From positions 62,001 to 126,000 of the forward strand of contig BAAIJX010000008.1 in NCBI GenBank assembly GCA_054600435.1: DNA of 64,000 bases, read 5' to 3'. Position 1 is the first letter of the stretch. Every line of letters begins with the position of its first letter. A program made the translations under genes and the position numbers. This DNA comes from Neophaeotheca triangularis (Eukaryota). Positions 22,786 through 36,087 of this stretch are shown here, in pieces. The notes beneath the pieces are model-generated. The model did no database searches. It saw only the letters and a program-made list of their open reading frames with translations, and was not told the origin of the DNA.

Positions 22786-24734
22786 ATGGACAACACCGAG
22801 GGCGTGTTTGAGGCCGAGGTCGACCTTGATCAGAGGGCCAAGGACGAAGACGGACAAGCGAAAGACGGGAAGGGAGGCCTACGGGCGGCCAAAGTCGCAA
22901 AAGGTGGCGTGGATGTACCGCCAGCGTACGGAGACAACGAGAATGCCGCCGGGGAGACTGCGCCGTTACTGTCGTCTTCTGTCGATCAGGACCCTGGTCA
23001 GGATGGTGGTGAAGATGATGATGGCAAACAAGGATCGTGGACGGGGGGAGAGGAGTTTGAGAATGAGCCGTGGTACAAGAAGCCTTCCATATTTTGGTTG
23101 CTTGGGCCCTTCTTCCTCATGACGTTGGCGTTTGGAGGAATCATCACGCCAAAGATCAACCTTATCCTGGAACTAATATGTCGACAGTATATCTCAGATA
23201 GGGAGATGGTCGAGCCTGGCTTCTGGATGGCGCCGGTGGATTTCTCCGGCCATGGCGCAAACGACCAATGCCGTATACCGGAAGTTCAGGCCAAGGTTTC
23301 GCAGTTCATGCTTTGGAGTAGTCTCATTGCCGGCTTGTTATCTGCCATCACGAGTCCCAAGCTTGGAGCGCTGTCGGATCGCTACGGACGAAAGCTCATC
23401 CTTGTCTTCACTAGCTTGGGCACGATTGGTGGGGAGATTATTACCATCATCGCTGCGACGTACCCAGAGACGTTTCCAGTGAAATGGTTGTTGGTGAGCT
23501 ACGCTCTCGATGGGCTCACTGGGTCATTCATCGTCGCAATGGCCATATCCAACTCCTACGCTACCGACTGCACACCGCCGCACATGCGAAACGTCGTCTT
23601 CGGTTATTTCCACGGATGCCTATTCACCGGCATAGCACTTGGACCGATCCTCGCCGGTCTTTTAATCAAAAAGACTGGAAAGATCGTTATAGTCTTCTAT
23701 ATCCTGCTTGCGGTGCACTTGTTCTTCGTCACCTTCATCACACTGGCTGTGCCTGAGTCGCTGTCCAAAAAGCGACAACTCATCGCGCGCGAGAAGCACA
23801 AGAGTTTGCTCCTAGAACAGGGGCCCAACGGCGACTGGGTCAACCACCTTCGCTCACTAAACCTCCTCGAACCGCTCAAAATACTCTGGCCTACAGGCGA
23901 GGGAAGCAGTCCAGCGCTCCGCCGCAACCTCCTCTTCCTCGCAGCCGTGGACACAATAGTCTTCGGCGTGGCCATGGGCAGCATGACGATCATCGTAATT
24001 TACACCAACTATCAATTCGGCTGGGGCAGCTACGAGTCGGCGCGCTTCATGTCCATCGTCAACAGCAGCCGCGTCTTATGCTTGCTCGTTATCCTACCGC
24101 TCGTAACACGTTGGGTCCGCGGCAGGACGGGCGCGGCGAAGCAGAAGCTCACCGGCAGCGACAATTTCGACCTCAATATTGTTCGGATCTCCGTTCTTTT
24201 CGATACCCTTGGCTACCTCGGCTACGCACTCTCGCGCACCGGCGGCACCATGATTCTCTCCGGTACTGTTGCGGCTATCGGCGGTATAGGGAGTCCAACG
24301 CTGCAGTCCGCCCTCACCAAACATGTACCCGCCGACCGCACCGGGCAACTGCTAGGGGCTAGCGGCCTCCTGCACGCGCTCGCGAGAGTCGTGGCACCGA
24401 CTGTTTTCAATGCTATCTACTCCGCCACTGTGGGCAAGTTCACACAGACAGTTTTCGTGTGTTTGACAGCGACTTTTGGGTTGGCGTTTGTCATTAGTTG
24501 GTTCATCAGACCGCACAGTAAGTCCACCGTTTTTCGGGATGTACGAGGATGATGATGATGATGCTGACGATCGGACTAGTTTACCTTGACGAGAGCAAGG
24601 CGCTTTACCACGCGACCTCGAGACGGACTGAGGGAGTTAGACGGGGCTCGCTTCCTGTCGCGAGCTCTTTCGCGGCCGCCGTCCGTCGAGGCCTGGGTAT
24701 GGACAAGGGGCAGGAAGGTCGAGAGGGAAGATGA
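22786..24734 (+). CDS. MFS transporter (tetracycline-efflux/SLC46-like), probable short last exon
   Basis: About 12 TM segments, PKLGALSDRYGRK motif. A GTAAGT donor at 24518 splices to an exon reading YLDESKALY..* that ends at 24734. Confidence 0.85.
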
Positions 24735-25564
24735 AGAGCCTGGGCGGATAGATATGTATACCCACTGCTTGCTCGGCTTATTGGCGTTTTTGGGGGGTAA
24801 TGGCTCAAGAGGCCAATCTGGCACAGAATGAATGCATTGCATGCTTGGACAGACTGTACAGCACAACTTTTGGAATGGATGTACGAATCGAATTGAAGAT
24901 GCAATTTCGTCCGAGGCGCATTCTCACGATGAAGTGACGTTTAGGGAGAGGATAATATTACCTGGACGCGCAGACCATGTTAACGGTCGTCTGAGGTATA
25001 CTCCTGACACGTTTTGTGGTACGCTTCGTCCCGGACCTGTTGCCTCTTGCTGGAAGAGAGTGTCGAGTCTTTGATGGTCGATGCCTCGATACTGACGGTC
25101 GGAGAGTAAGTCGACGGGTTGATACTCTCGATATCTCTCAGGTAGAATTTTTTATCCAGTAATCTGTGACTGTGATACATCTAAGTGTGAGTAGTACATA
25201 TTTTATATATCAATACCCACCTTAGCATCCATTTTCCAGGGCTGAGAGGTGGAAGTCGGAGTCAAAATAATGTGAAACGCCGATGCAGAACTTGGCGGCG
25301 TCGCAGCTTTGGCAGCCTTAGGTTCCATCCCGTCTCTTTCCCCTTCCCTTTCCCTTTCCCGTTCTGTCGGCGGTCATGCAGCCCGCCAAAGTAGCCCGGA
25401 ACCACCACCGACCACTACTACCTAACCCTACCTTTACCAACTCTTAATCCCTCCCTCCACTCCCATTCCCACTTCCACCCATTGCACACCACTGCACACC
25501 CTCCTTCCGACTGTTCCCACCACGTTATTCCTTCTCCCTCGAGTCACACACATCGCTCCTCTGT

Positions 25565-25594
25565 ACCACCACCACCACCACCACCACCACCACC
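25565..25594. repeat. (CCA)n microsatellite
   Basis: About 10 consecutive ACC units upstream of the PUF gene. Confidence 0.9.
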
Positions 25595-26095
25595 GCCGTC
25601 CCGTCGTCTTCCCGCTCGCCCACGAATTAGCGCCGCCCGCTTTAGCTTCATCCAGGAGGTCTCGCACGCAAACGCCTGTGTATTGCCCTCAGCGTACCTC
25701 CAATCCCGTTCACCTGCGAAATCTCTACACCCATCGAAACAAGCGCCCTTCGACCTCGCTTCGCCCAAATAGATATATCATCTATTCAGCAGCCTGACGA
25801 AGCTCGCGTGCTGCTGAGCCCATCGATTTAATTATTACAATTGCTCGTAGTCACACGGACGAGTAAAGCCACGACTCCTGTACGATAAGCCATTGTTCCA
25901 GAGACCCTACGATTCTGCTGCCCCGATGCTACGGTGTTAGAGTAGAACCCTGGCAATTGCATACATCAGTGGCTGGCACACGCACAAGCAGGTCTTGACA
26001 GGCATTATCCGACAGCAGCCATAATCCTCAAGACCCTACATACACTCCTTTTCGAACGACCGGCTTACCAAGCACTACTCACTGTATAATCAATA

Positions 26096-29000
26096 ATGGC
26101 GCCCATCAATCGCCCGGATTACAAACTCAACCTCGAAGGTCTCCCTCAGATGGGCGTGGGATCACGGTCCGCAAATGCGAGCGCTGCAAACTCGCCCATC
26201 GAGCCGCCTGCCGGATCAGGCACGAGAAACCCACTTGGTAATGGATTTGGCAATGGTGGGGGACAAGCAGCCAGTGGTCGGACAGGAGCTGGCTCCCCAT
26301 CAAAAGAGTTTGGCAGTCGCTTGTTTCCGAAGCGGTATGTTGTTATTCAAGGCCAAGGGGCACAGAACGAATGCGAATACTGACTTGCAAAGTGCACGTG
26401 AGATACAGGCTCAGGAAGGCGTATCACCCCAGGTTTGGGGACCACCTCCCACCGGCAGTGGACACTCCACACCGCTGCGTGAAACCATCCCCGAGTCGCC
26501 TGGAAGCGACAGCTTTCCCGATTTTGATGCCGGTCAAGCGTCCCCGGGCGCACCATCTACAAGCACGGCGTCCTCTGCGAACCGGCGCACTAGAGCGGGA
26601 ACAGTGCCTTCTCGCTTTCCCGGCGTCGGTTCAGGGTTTAGCGGTCAGCCAATCGGCATGTCCAAGTCCACGCGCAACACGCCCTCGACGAGCCCGTATC
26701 AACCTGGTACTCCTGCTGCAACCGATCAGCAAGCATCACCCGGTGCGTCTGTTATGAATAACGCGGCATTTGCAAACAACGCTGCTCTGCTTTCCAGACT
26801 GAGGGCAGGGTCAATGCCGCAGCGGAGCAGTCTGCTTCCGAACAACGGCAGCCCCTTTGGGAACTCTGTCTTTGCGAGCAACTGGTTGGCGGGGAGGGAG
26901 CGGGCGAGTACATTGCAAAGCCTTCGCTCGTCGGACGCACCTTCTTCCCAAGGCGACGCCGCGGATAACGATGTCAGGACGTTGGACTATCTTGGCTTGG
27001 CCGACACACCACAAACAGGAAGGGGAAGCCTCTCGAGGTCAGATGTGGATTTGCTCATGAGTCAGCAAAGATCAAATGGTGGACAAGGCATGTCGATTGC
27101 TGACCTGGCCTCTCTCAATCCCTACGACAAGAACACCGCAAACCGCATCCGGTCTTACTCTGTAAACGCCAAGGAGCAGTATGCCGACGGGGACGAAGAC
27201 GAGGCGAATCAGTACGAGCAACTTCAACGAGCTTTGGCGTCTGGACAGATAACACCGGGCTCTGAAATTGCAGCGCAGCAAGCAGCTATTAACGAAGCCA
27301 TTAGACGTCACAATCTCGAGGTGCAGGCTTTCGCGAGTAACGCCAGTACCAACCGGCCACGAGCTCGTACTGCAGGCAACGTCCTCGATTCCCCTGCGAA
27401 CAGAATTACGCGCAACTACCTTCAGACACCATCCCGACTGGACAATAGCATTTCCGCGTCCGACTTGCAGTCAAACGATGGCTCGGAATATACAGGTCTC
27501 GATGCCGCTGTGCAGAATATGCAGTTGAGCTCCAAGCCCTCTTACGAGCAAGCAGATCCCCTCATAGAGAACCCTACCAAAGCTTTGTGGCTGGGCAACA
27601 TCCCTTCATCGACCACCCCCTCCTCGCTTACCGCCATCTTCGGTGTTTTCGGTCACATTGAGTCTGCACGCGTGTTAACTCACAAGAGCTGCGGCTTCGT
27701 CAACTTCGACAGCGTACAAAGCGCAATTGCCGCACGACAGCAGTTCCACAATAGGGAGATTTTCCCGGGCTGCGGTCCGGTCAGGATAGGGTTTGGCAAG
27801 GAACAGAGCGCTTCCAACACTCCAGGCGCTAACGGTGCATACCCTTCTCCTAGCCCAGACCCTTTTGTTGCGACCAAGAGAGCCCACAGCAACCATACCA
27901 ATGGCCCGTCCCAGGCACCAAATGTCAGCGCTGAAACCGCTGCTGCTGCTTTGGCTACCCCCGATATCCTAGCACTTCGCGAGGAAATTGTAGATATCGT
28001 GCAGCAGTTTGGAGCATCTTCAGACGACAAGGCCAAGATCGCCGCACATTTGGACACCGCCATGAAGTACGACTATTCTGTGGAGATGCCACCAGCCCTC
28101 GAGCCCAGCCACAGCCGCATACATGATGCCCCTAGACTGCGAGACATTAGGAAGCGCATCGACAACAACAGCTGCTCACCGCTGGAGGTTGAGAATATTG
28201 CCATTGAAATGCTGCCGGAGGTTGCCGAGCTTTCGTCCGACTATCTGGGCAACACTGTCGTTCAGAAATTGTTTGAACATTGCTCTGAAGAAACCAAGGA
28301 ATCTATGCTCGCTGAGATCGCTCCACGCTTGGCTGAGATTGGCATGCACAAGAACGGTACCTGGGCAGCGCAGAAGATCATTGACACTGCCCGTACACAG
28401 AAGCAGATGACCATGATCGTGGATGCGCTGAAGCCATACAGTGTCCAACTCTTCCTGGACCAATTTGGGAACTATGTCATGCAATGCTGCTTGAGGTTCC
28501 AGGCACCGCTCAATAACTTCATTTTCGACGCTATGGCGAGCAAGATGTGGGATGTCGCCCAAGGCCGCTTTGGCTCGAGGGCGATGCGTGCGTGCTTGGA
28601 GAGCCATTTTGCCACAACCGACCAAAAGCGCATGCTTGCGGCCGTGATTGCTCTGCACAGCACTCAGCTCACCACTACCACCAACAGCGCACTCCTGCTA
28701 ACTTGGTTTCTCGATACCTGCACTTTTTCGAGGCGACGCTCCGTGCTTGCACCTCGACTGATGCCTCATTTGGTCTACCTCTGCACTCACAAGGTGGCTT
28801 ACTTGACCGTCCTGAAAATCATCAACCAGCGCAATGAGCCCGAAGCCAGAGAAAGCATGCTACAAGCACTCTTCTTCAAAGATCAAACTCTGCAGCAAAT
28901 TCTCAGTGACCAATCCAGTGGCGCTACGCTCATCTTCAAAGTCTTGACCACGCCCTTCCTCGACGAAAACCTTCGCCCTGAGTGTGTGGAAAACGTCCGC

Positions 29001-29731
29001 AATGTTCTCACGCAAATCAAAGCTCAGCCTTCGCAGGGATACAAGCGTTTGATGGACGAAGTGGGCCTGTCGACTCGCCACGGCGGTACCCCATCTGGCA
29101 CTGAGAGCAGATCAAGCTCGAAGCAAAGGGGCATGAACGGAAACCTGCCAAGTCTCGACACCAACCAGAACAGCTACGGTCGACAGCCTTACAACGCAAT
29201 GACACCGCAGCATACTCAAATGGACGCGAATGCCGGACCTAGTCTCGATCGGACCGTGAGCATGGAGTCCAATGGTTTCGATCCCTACTTCACCCCGCAC
29301 TACACTACCACGCAGAGCCCGGCAATGTCAAGCGCAGGCGTCAGCCCCATCAACCCTCAGCTTCAATACCAACAAAACATGTACGCGCAACAGCAAGCTC
29401 AGCAGCCCATGGGCCGCCCGCCAGGCTTCTACGGCAGCCCCGGCAGCATGGGCTACGGAAACGTCTCCCCCGCGCCTCCGATGATGGACCCTTACCGCCA
29501 GCACAGCCCCATGGTACCTCCGGGTATGGGCATGCAAGGCGGCTACCAACAGCCACCCTACGGCAATGGCATGATGGGAATGGGCGGGTACGGACAATTT
29601 GCCATGCCCCCGCCGCCGCCGCAGTACCAGATGCAAGGGCAGATGGGCGGCCAGAGAAGAGGCAGGGTAAGTTTACTAAGCTAGTTGTTGAAACTTACAC
29701 CATTGAGCTGACACTTCCTCCATAGCGTTGA
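26096..29731 (+). CDS. JSN1: RRM + Pumilio-repeat RNA-binding protein (Jsn1/Puf1/Puf2-like), 3 exons
   Basis: ATG at 26096; introns 26335-26392 and ~29668-29725. RRM (TKALWLGNIP..ARVLTHKSCGFVNF), PUF repeats (SDYLGNTVVQKLFE, HKNGTWAAQKII, DQFGNYVMQCCL), Q/G/M/P-rich tail. Confidence 0.9.
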
Positions 29732-32213
29732 GCGTGTTGACACTTTTGAGCACATTTCTTCATGTACAGCGGACTTTCATCGACATATGCGGACACTAGC
29801 AACATGCATGGGATGGGCGAGGTGTGGCGGGTTTCTGGGGGCGTCTTCTATATGTCGGCGTGGCGGGCAGCACATTGACGCTGGTTGTCTGTGCTCTTCC
29901 TACGTCGACGCATTGCCGACTTGCGTTAAAGCGGAAGGCAGGGTCCTTGAGTGAGCATTTGGTGTCCAAGAGAAGCACATCCGCTTGGCCTTGTATAGGG
30001 CCAAGTTTCACCTGGGGTCGTGGGCAAATGACGAGGATGTGGGGACTTCTTTCTGTTCACGACGCCTCTCGATAGCTACACCTCCTCTTCTCTTCTTCTT
30101 CCCCTTCTTCTCCTTTGTTTCTAACTACGATCGTTCTTGTTGTACCTATTCACTTTCGAGAGCATTGCGTCAGGCACTACTGCCATCAACTGTTACAGTA
30201 CGCGAGTAGTCCCGGCCGCTAGGGACAGGTGTGTGGCTAGGGTACGATCTTGATTTCGAGACCGCGGAGAGGGACGTGATTGCCGGTTAGTGGCCTGCTT
30301 TGGTTTGACTACGCTTTCTAGTGTATCCTTCTCCCGGGTGGTAGCCTTTGTTACTTTTCAGTTCGCTGTGTTGGTTTGAATATCTTGTTCCAGGCTGTTT
30401 GAGAATTATATGCTAGAACAAGAGAGGCTTGCGACCTTGGTGACGAGGTACGGTCGGTAGTGTCATGTCTGAGTTCGCTGGCTATTACCGAGAGAGCGTA
30501 GTAGTCAACGTCGTTAGGGGGACTGAAAGCGTCTCCGGCAGATCTTTTGCTCGGTTTCTCACATCTATGGGCTCGGTGAGCAAGGAGGGTAGGGGAGTTC
30601 ATAGATCGGCACGGCTGCTTGGACTGGTGAAGCTCAGAGTTGCCCACTGCCCGGACGTCAGGGCAACTCGGTGTATTATATCCTAGCATTTGTATGCTGG
30701 TGAAACATCGACTGGGAACGCCTGTAGCGTCACTTGGAAAGCGGCACAATTCTCACAATGACATCTGAGGAGTCTGTGGCACTATTGCTGTCTCTCTCGT
30801 TGATACCTGACAATATTGGCGGTCTCGCTCGTGGAAACAGATCCGGTGATCAAGTCTCGCTTCCTCACCAAGAGTAGGTACTAACTAATGACCTTGCGGA
30901 GCTTCGCCTCTCGACCCAGCTTTCGAGTCGCATCTCGTGCAAAGCTCAGACAGGCCCTTGAATTGACCCTTCAAGGCTTTGACCTCTAACTACTGACTGC
31001 CTCGCTAGTACCCGGGAAATTGGTAGACACAACCTCAGACCCTGGCTGGTGATGTCGCTTTCACGTGGCGTACATTAGGCCATGCTTAGCCAATCCAAAC
31101 CACGGTGTCTGACTCGGCCTGTTTGACGATACAGACGCACAATGACAGCTTGTGGCGTATTTTTGGGCTTTGTCTGGATGCACAATGTGGTCGCACACGG
31201 GAGAGGCGGATGGGTACTGCTGGAGGTGTCGACGACGGTATGACAGGTCGGGAGCCTTGGGTGGTGCCAGGCAAGCGGATCACTAAGTACAATGTAGGTG
31301 CTGTCGGCTGGTGGATGGGATTCTGTTTGACATAGTGCTTGTCATTATTGACATGTTTTTATGACAAGTGCTTGGAAGGGAGTACCTGTGCCTCTGCCTT
31401 GTCGTGGGATTGGTATATACTACCTAGGTACTATGTAACTATACCCGTGAACTCGTAGTAATAATGGTATTGTAAAGTACTGGAGTCAACTCTCCTCTAT
31501 AACTTCCAAGGGGCCGGTCCGGCGGTCCAGACTTGGCCGAGGGAGTCCGGACATTACTCGGAGGGACGGAGCTGGCTCCGGGCGCGGTTCCTTCGAGCGA
31601 ATTCTACGTGATGTATGAATTACTTGACTGTTACTAGGTAAGTTACTAAGTCACCTACCTTTTACTGATTCGACGAATTACGCTCAAGATCGGTAAGTCG
31701 GTTGCCCGTCGTCCAAGCTTCTTCTTCTTCTTCACTACTGACTCTCCGGCGCCCGCTCCTTCAAGTCCAAGTCGACCTCAGCTTCCTCTTCTGCTACACG
31801 CCTACACTCCTACTCCTTGCATCGCCGCCGACCACTCTAATAAATCGAATTCGGTTACTTCCTCTTCGCAACACAGTGGAGCTATTTGATTCCTCGGGTC
31901 CATCTGAATCTGGCCAATCGAGATAGCCGACACACCAACGACATCGACAGTATTGGAGCCATGCCACTACCATAAGCTGTGGTGTGTCCGAATTCCCGCC
32001 TCGACGCCGGGCTCACGAGCGCGAGAGTCGTCCGATTTTCTCCCTCCTACCTAGTACCCGGTAAGTAAACAGTAAAGTACTTGTATGCAGTGCTGCTTGC
32101 TTGCCTGTCATGCCCGGGTCGTGGACAACACTGATTGATATTGCAGGCCAGGCCCCCACACTCTCGCGTCATCATCCTGATCGCAACCTTTCCTCCGTCT
32201 CCTCGACGTCCCC

Positions 32214-34519
32214 ATGGCGTCCATCCACCATGCCGAGAGCCCTGAGGGTGCTCAGAGACGGGAAAGAGCTGCAATCGCCGCTCAGGCTTGCCAAACATGT
32301 AGAAATAGGTGAGGACTGCCCGATCGTTCGTTACATCGATACTCACGCACGTTTGCTACAATTTATCACTTGTCACGATTCTGACAATTATTGCAGGAAG
32401 AGTAAATGCGATGAAAAACGACCAAAGTGTACGTCGCCGCGTCTCCCCGGAAATTATCCCAGCGACATGGACTGACCGTTGCCTGCAGGTGGATTGTGTC
32501 AGCGACTCGGTATTGAGTGCCTCTACAGAGAACCGCTCCCGACCAAGTAAGTTAGGTCAGTGCTGGTGCTAAGCCACTTCCTCGAGGTGCAATTGAGTTT
32601 TTCGTCGACTAACATTCACCCAGGAAGGATAAGACAATGGTCCACATTCTTGACACTCTGACGCGACTGGAGAACAAGTTTGACAGCATGGTCTTGACTG
32701 GAGGCTCCGCATCTGGAACACCCGACGGCGGCATTCCTACATCCAGTCACGTCTCATCGCATCCGTCGCTCAAGGGCTTCCGTAGCGATAGCGACTCGCA
32801 GATGGACTTCCCCAGCGAGATGAAAAGGGGATACCAACATGTCACTGCTCCACACAAGGTAATATTGTGGCCGAGCATTTACATTCACCTGGTCAATTCA
32901 GGCATCAAAGCCGCTGGAGATCTCCAGCACATACTTCAAGAAGGCACGCCATGGTTCATCAAGCAAGAAATGGCCAAGCACCCTGAGCCGTTGTCACACG
33001 AAGTCTGCCTACCAAGCTATACCATTCACCAGCAATCACGAGAACGAGGCTTCGCTGCCAACGTCATATTCCCAACACTGACTATCCAGCAAGTGAATGA
33101 ATTCACCGACGCGTACTTCAACACCTTCAACATTCTATTTCCCCTCCTCAACCGCGACTCGTTCTCCAACGACGTGCTGAGCCCCATTATGCGAGATGGT
33201 TACGGAGACGGAGATGCGAATAGTGTGCTTGCTCTCCTCGTTCTCGCCCTCGGTCAGCTGGCCATTGAAGGTGTCTTCCACAATCCCATCAACCACAACG
33301 CAGGGCAACCAAGCGGCTTTCGAGGTGGAACCGTCGACCGCCCACCGGGACTCGAAATTTTCAACGAAGCTCGGAGGAGACTTGGGTTTGTGGTCAGTTC
33401 CTGCAGCCTTGTGCACGTGCAGATCCTTTTGCTTCACGCAACGTACTTTGAGGCAAATGCACGCCATCTGGACTTTTGGAGATCGACTGTCCAGGCATCC
33501 ATGGCCATTCAAGTTCTCGTCAAGTGTAAAGCAGTTGACTGGTCGACGTCAGAAGGTGATTTGATAAAGCGCGCCTACTGGGCCTGCATCCTTAGTGAGG
33601 ATTTCTATCACCTCGACCTCGACCTACCTCAGACGGGCATCCATCTGCTCGATGACGAAGTGCCCTTGCCGTATTTCCACGACGCACAGGACATGACTGG
33701 TAATCTGCGCTCAGAAGAGCCTTCACACTTCCAATATCACTTCTTGGCAATGATTGCTTTGAGAAGACTCATCGCAAGAATTCATCACGTTATTCATGAA
33801 GGTAAGTAGACTTTCTCTAAGCGCAACATGCCTTCACAACTAACACATTTGCAGCATCCAACAGCCAAGCAGAATCTTCCGAAGATTACGGTGGTCCGCC
33901 GGTCACCGTTATCCGCGAGATGGCGCGACAGCTGGAATCGTGGCGCTCCCTACTCCCAAGAGCTGTGCAGTGGTCGGACAATGACATGCACGACTTCCCT
34001 GGCTCCGACCCCAATCATCGCAGACCTAACGAGCCTCTTTTTGCATTGGATCAAGGCAATGTCCCCATCAATCACAAGTTCAATCTCGATATCATGACTG
34101 CGCAGCTTCGCACACGATTTTATTACGCCCGGTTCATGATCTATCGACCGTACGTGTACAAGGCGCTCCACTTTCCCGAGCTCATGGGCTCGGAGGACTC
34201 GGTCTGCGCGGGACTGGCGATCAAAAGCGCCTGCATGTGGCCATTGGCCATGGCGCCGCCCAAGAACAAGAAGAGACTGGTGCCTCACTTGTTCGCATGG
34301 ACTCAAAACTTTCTGGGGATGCTGCTGATATTTCGCATGATCAACGTCAGCGAGTGCCTGACAAAAATAGTGGATGAGCAGGTGGGCCGCGAAGACGTGC
34401 AGCATACCATCGCGTTGATGCTCGACTGGATGAGGGATATGAAGCAACTCGACGGCATTGCGGATTGGAGCTGGCGCATCCTCGAGCCACTTTTTCGCGG
34501 GCAAGCGACTGGCATGTGA
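32214..34519 (+). CDS. Zn(II)2Cys6 transcription factor with a fungal TF middle domain, 5 coding exons
   Basis: Spliced zinc cluster [31 protein letters not shown] over introns 32309-32396 and 32429-32488, followed by introns 32547-32623 and ~33802-33854. YFNTFNILFPLL and KRAYWAC motifs. 5'UTR intron 32061-32146. Confidence 0.88.
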
Positions 34520-34993
34520 GCATCCTCGTCACAAAGTGGTGGGAAGCTCATGGGGCGGTCTTGTTATAGCGACGCTACATCTCATGACTGCATGGCGCTA
34601 CGCGAAAGGCGATTTTTTCTAGCTTGCATTCAGGCGGACTGGCTGTCTATGGAGGGCTCAACTGGCGTAAACGAGTGTTTTAAAGATTCGCTGGGGTGGC
34701 GACAAAACGTGGCTTTGTTTTTTTGTTTTTGCGACGCAGCGTGCTCTATGACTTGACAAAGAGCGGTTCTGCTGGGATGCGGATTTTGTATTTCTATTAT
34801 ATGCAACGATGATGCTTGGACCGACGCTGCCCGTCTCCTCGGAACAGTCTGCAGTCATCCATCGCTTCCGACACGGCGGGTGCAAGGCTGATGGGCTGAG
34901 GCGAAAAGCATTAGCAACCGCCTAGGCCTCGCATGTGCCGAGCGAGTACCGGTCGCTTAAGAATTAATAGTATTAACCTGAATAACCACCACC

Positions 34994-35157
34994 TTTTTTT
35001 TTTTTTTTTTTTGGTGGGAGACCAGGGACGTGTATTCTCCCTTTTGTTCGAAAGATAGTCACGGTCGGGGAGAGTACAGGGCGTAGTCCCATCACAACAC
35101 AGCACTTGATTGTGCTGATACTACTGGTCCGTTTGGAAGATGGAGGGCGGGCGGGCA

Positions 35158-35194
<37 letters not shown>

Positions 35195-35345
35195 GCATGC
35201 CGGGTATATAAACTTTAAAAGGTTCAAGGGATGGACGGCGGTAAGGTAGCCCAGGCTTGTTGGAGGTCAACAGGTAAAGGAATTGGCCCCGGGTAGTAGG
35301 TGGTGGTAAGGTAGTACTGGTAAGGTAAGGTAGTAGAGTAGGAGA

Positions 35346-35406
<61 letters not shown>
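34994..35406. repeat. Microsatellite cluster: poly-T, (TAT)n, (TAG)n
   Basis: T-run 34994-35012; (TAT)~12 at 35158-35194; (AGT)~20 at 35347-35406. Confidence 0.92.
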
Positions 35407-35407
<1 letters not shown>

Positions 35408-36087
35408 TTGAATCTGTCTGTGATAGGCGGGCTGGCCTGGCCTGGCCGTAACAAGCTGGAAGTACTACAGTACTACTAGTAGTAGTCCGTCTAGAACTCT
35501 CTCCACTCCCGTCTCCCTCCACTCACTACTCATAACTTACCTGTAACCTACCTAACTAGTGCAATCAATCAATCATTCAAGAGGTAACTTAAGTTAAGAC
35601 TAATAATAATCGGCTTAAATTATTACGCGCGTGAACACTTGCATCTTTCTCTCCCCTCCCGTCCTCTCTCAAGCCACCATCCACTTCCACTTGCACCTCC
35701 GCCATCCTCCTACCCACCCACCCACCGATAGACCCTTTCCTTTCCTTTCCTCCTTCTACCTAACTGTACCTTGTTGTTTTGTTTTGACTTGACTTGCACG
35801 TGTTGATCGTTTGTATGCTCCTACGGCATTTGCCCTCGTACTTTACCGGCACCCAGGATATCGGAACGTCAAAAGGGCCACGGCGTTCTAGCCTTCTAAC
35901 CTTCTAGCCATCCATCCACCCACCCAACCCACCCAACCCACCCAACCCACCCCTGTTTTCTGTTCCTACGCCCACCGAACTGACTTGGCCCTACACTTCA
36001 CACCCTCGCTCACCATCCTTGGACATTTCGGACACTATATTGACCTTACATTCATTCGGGCATGTTCCTGAACGCGCAATCTTGTCC

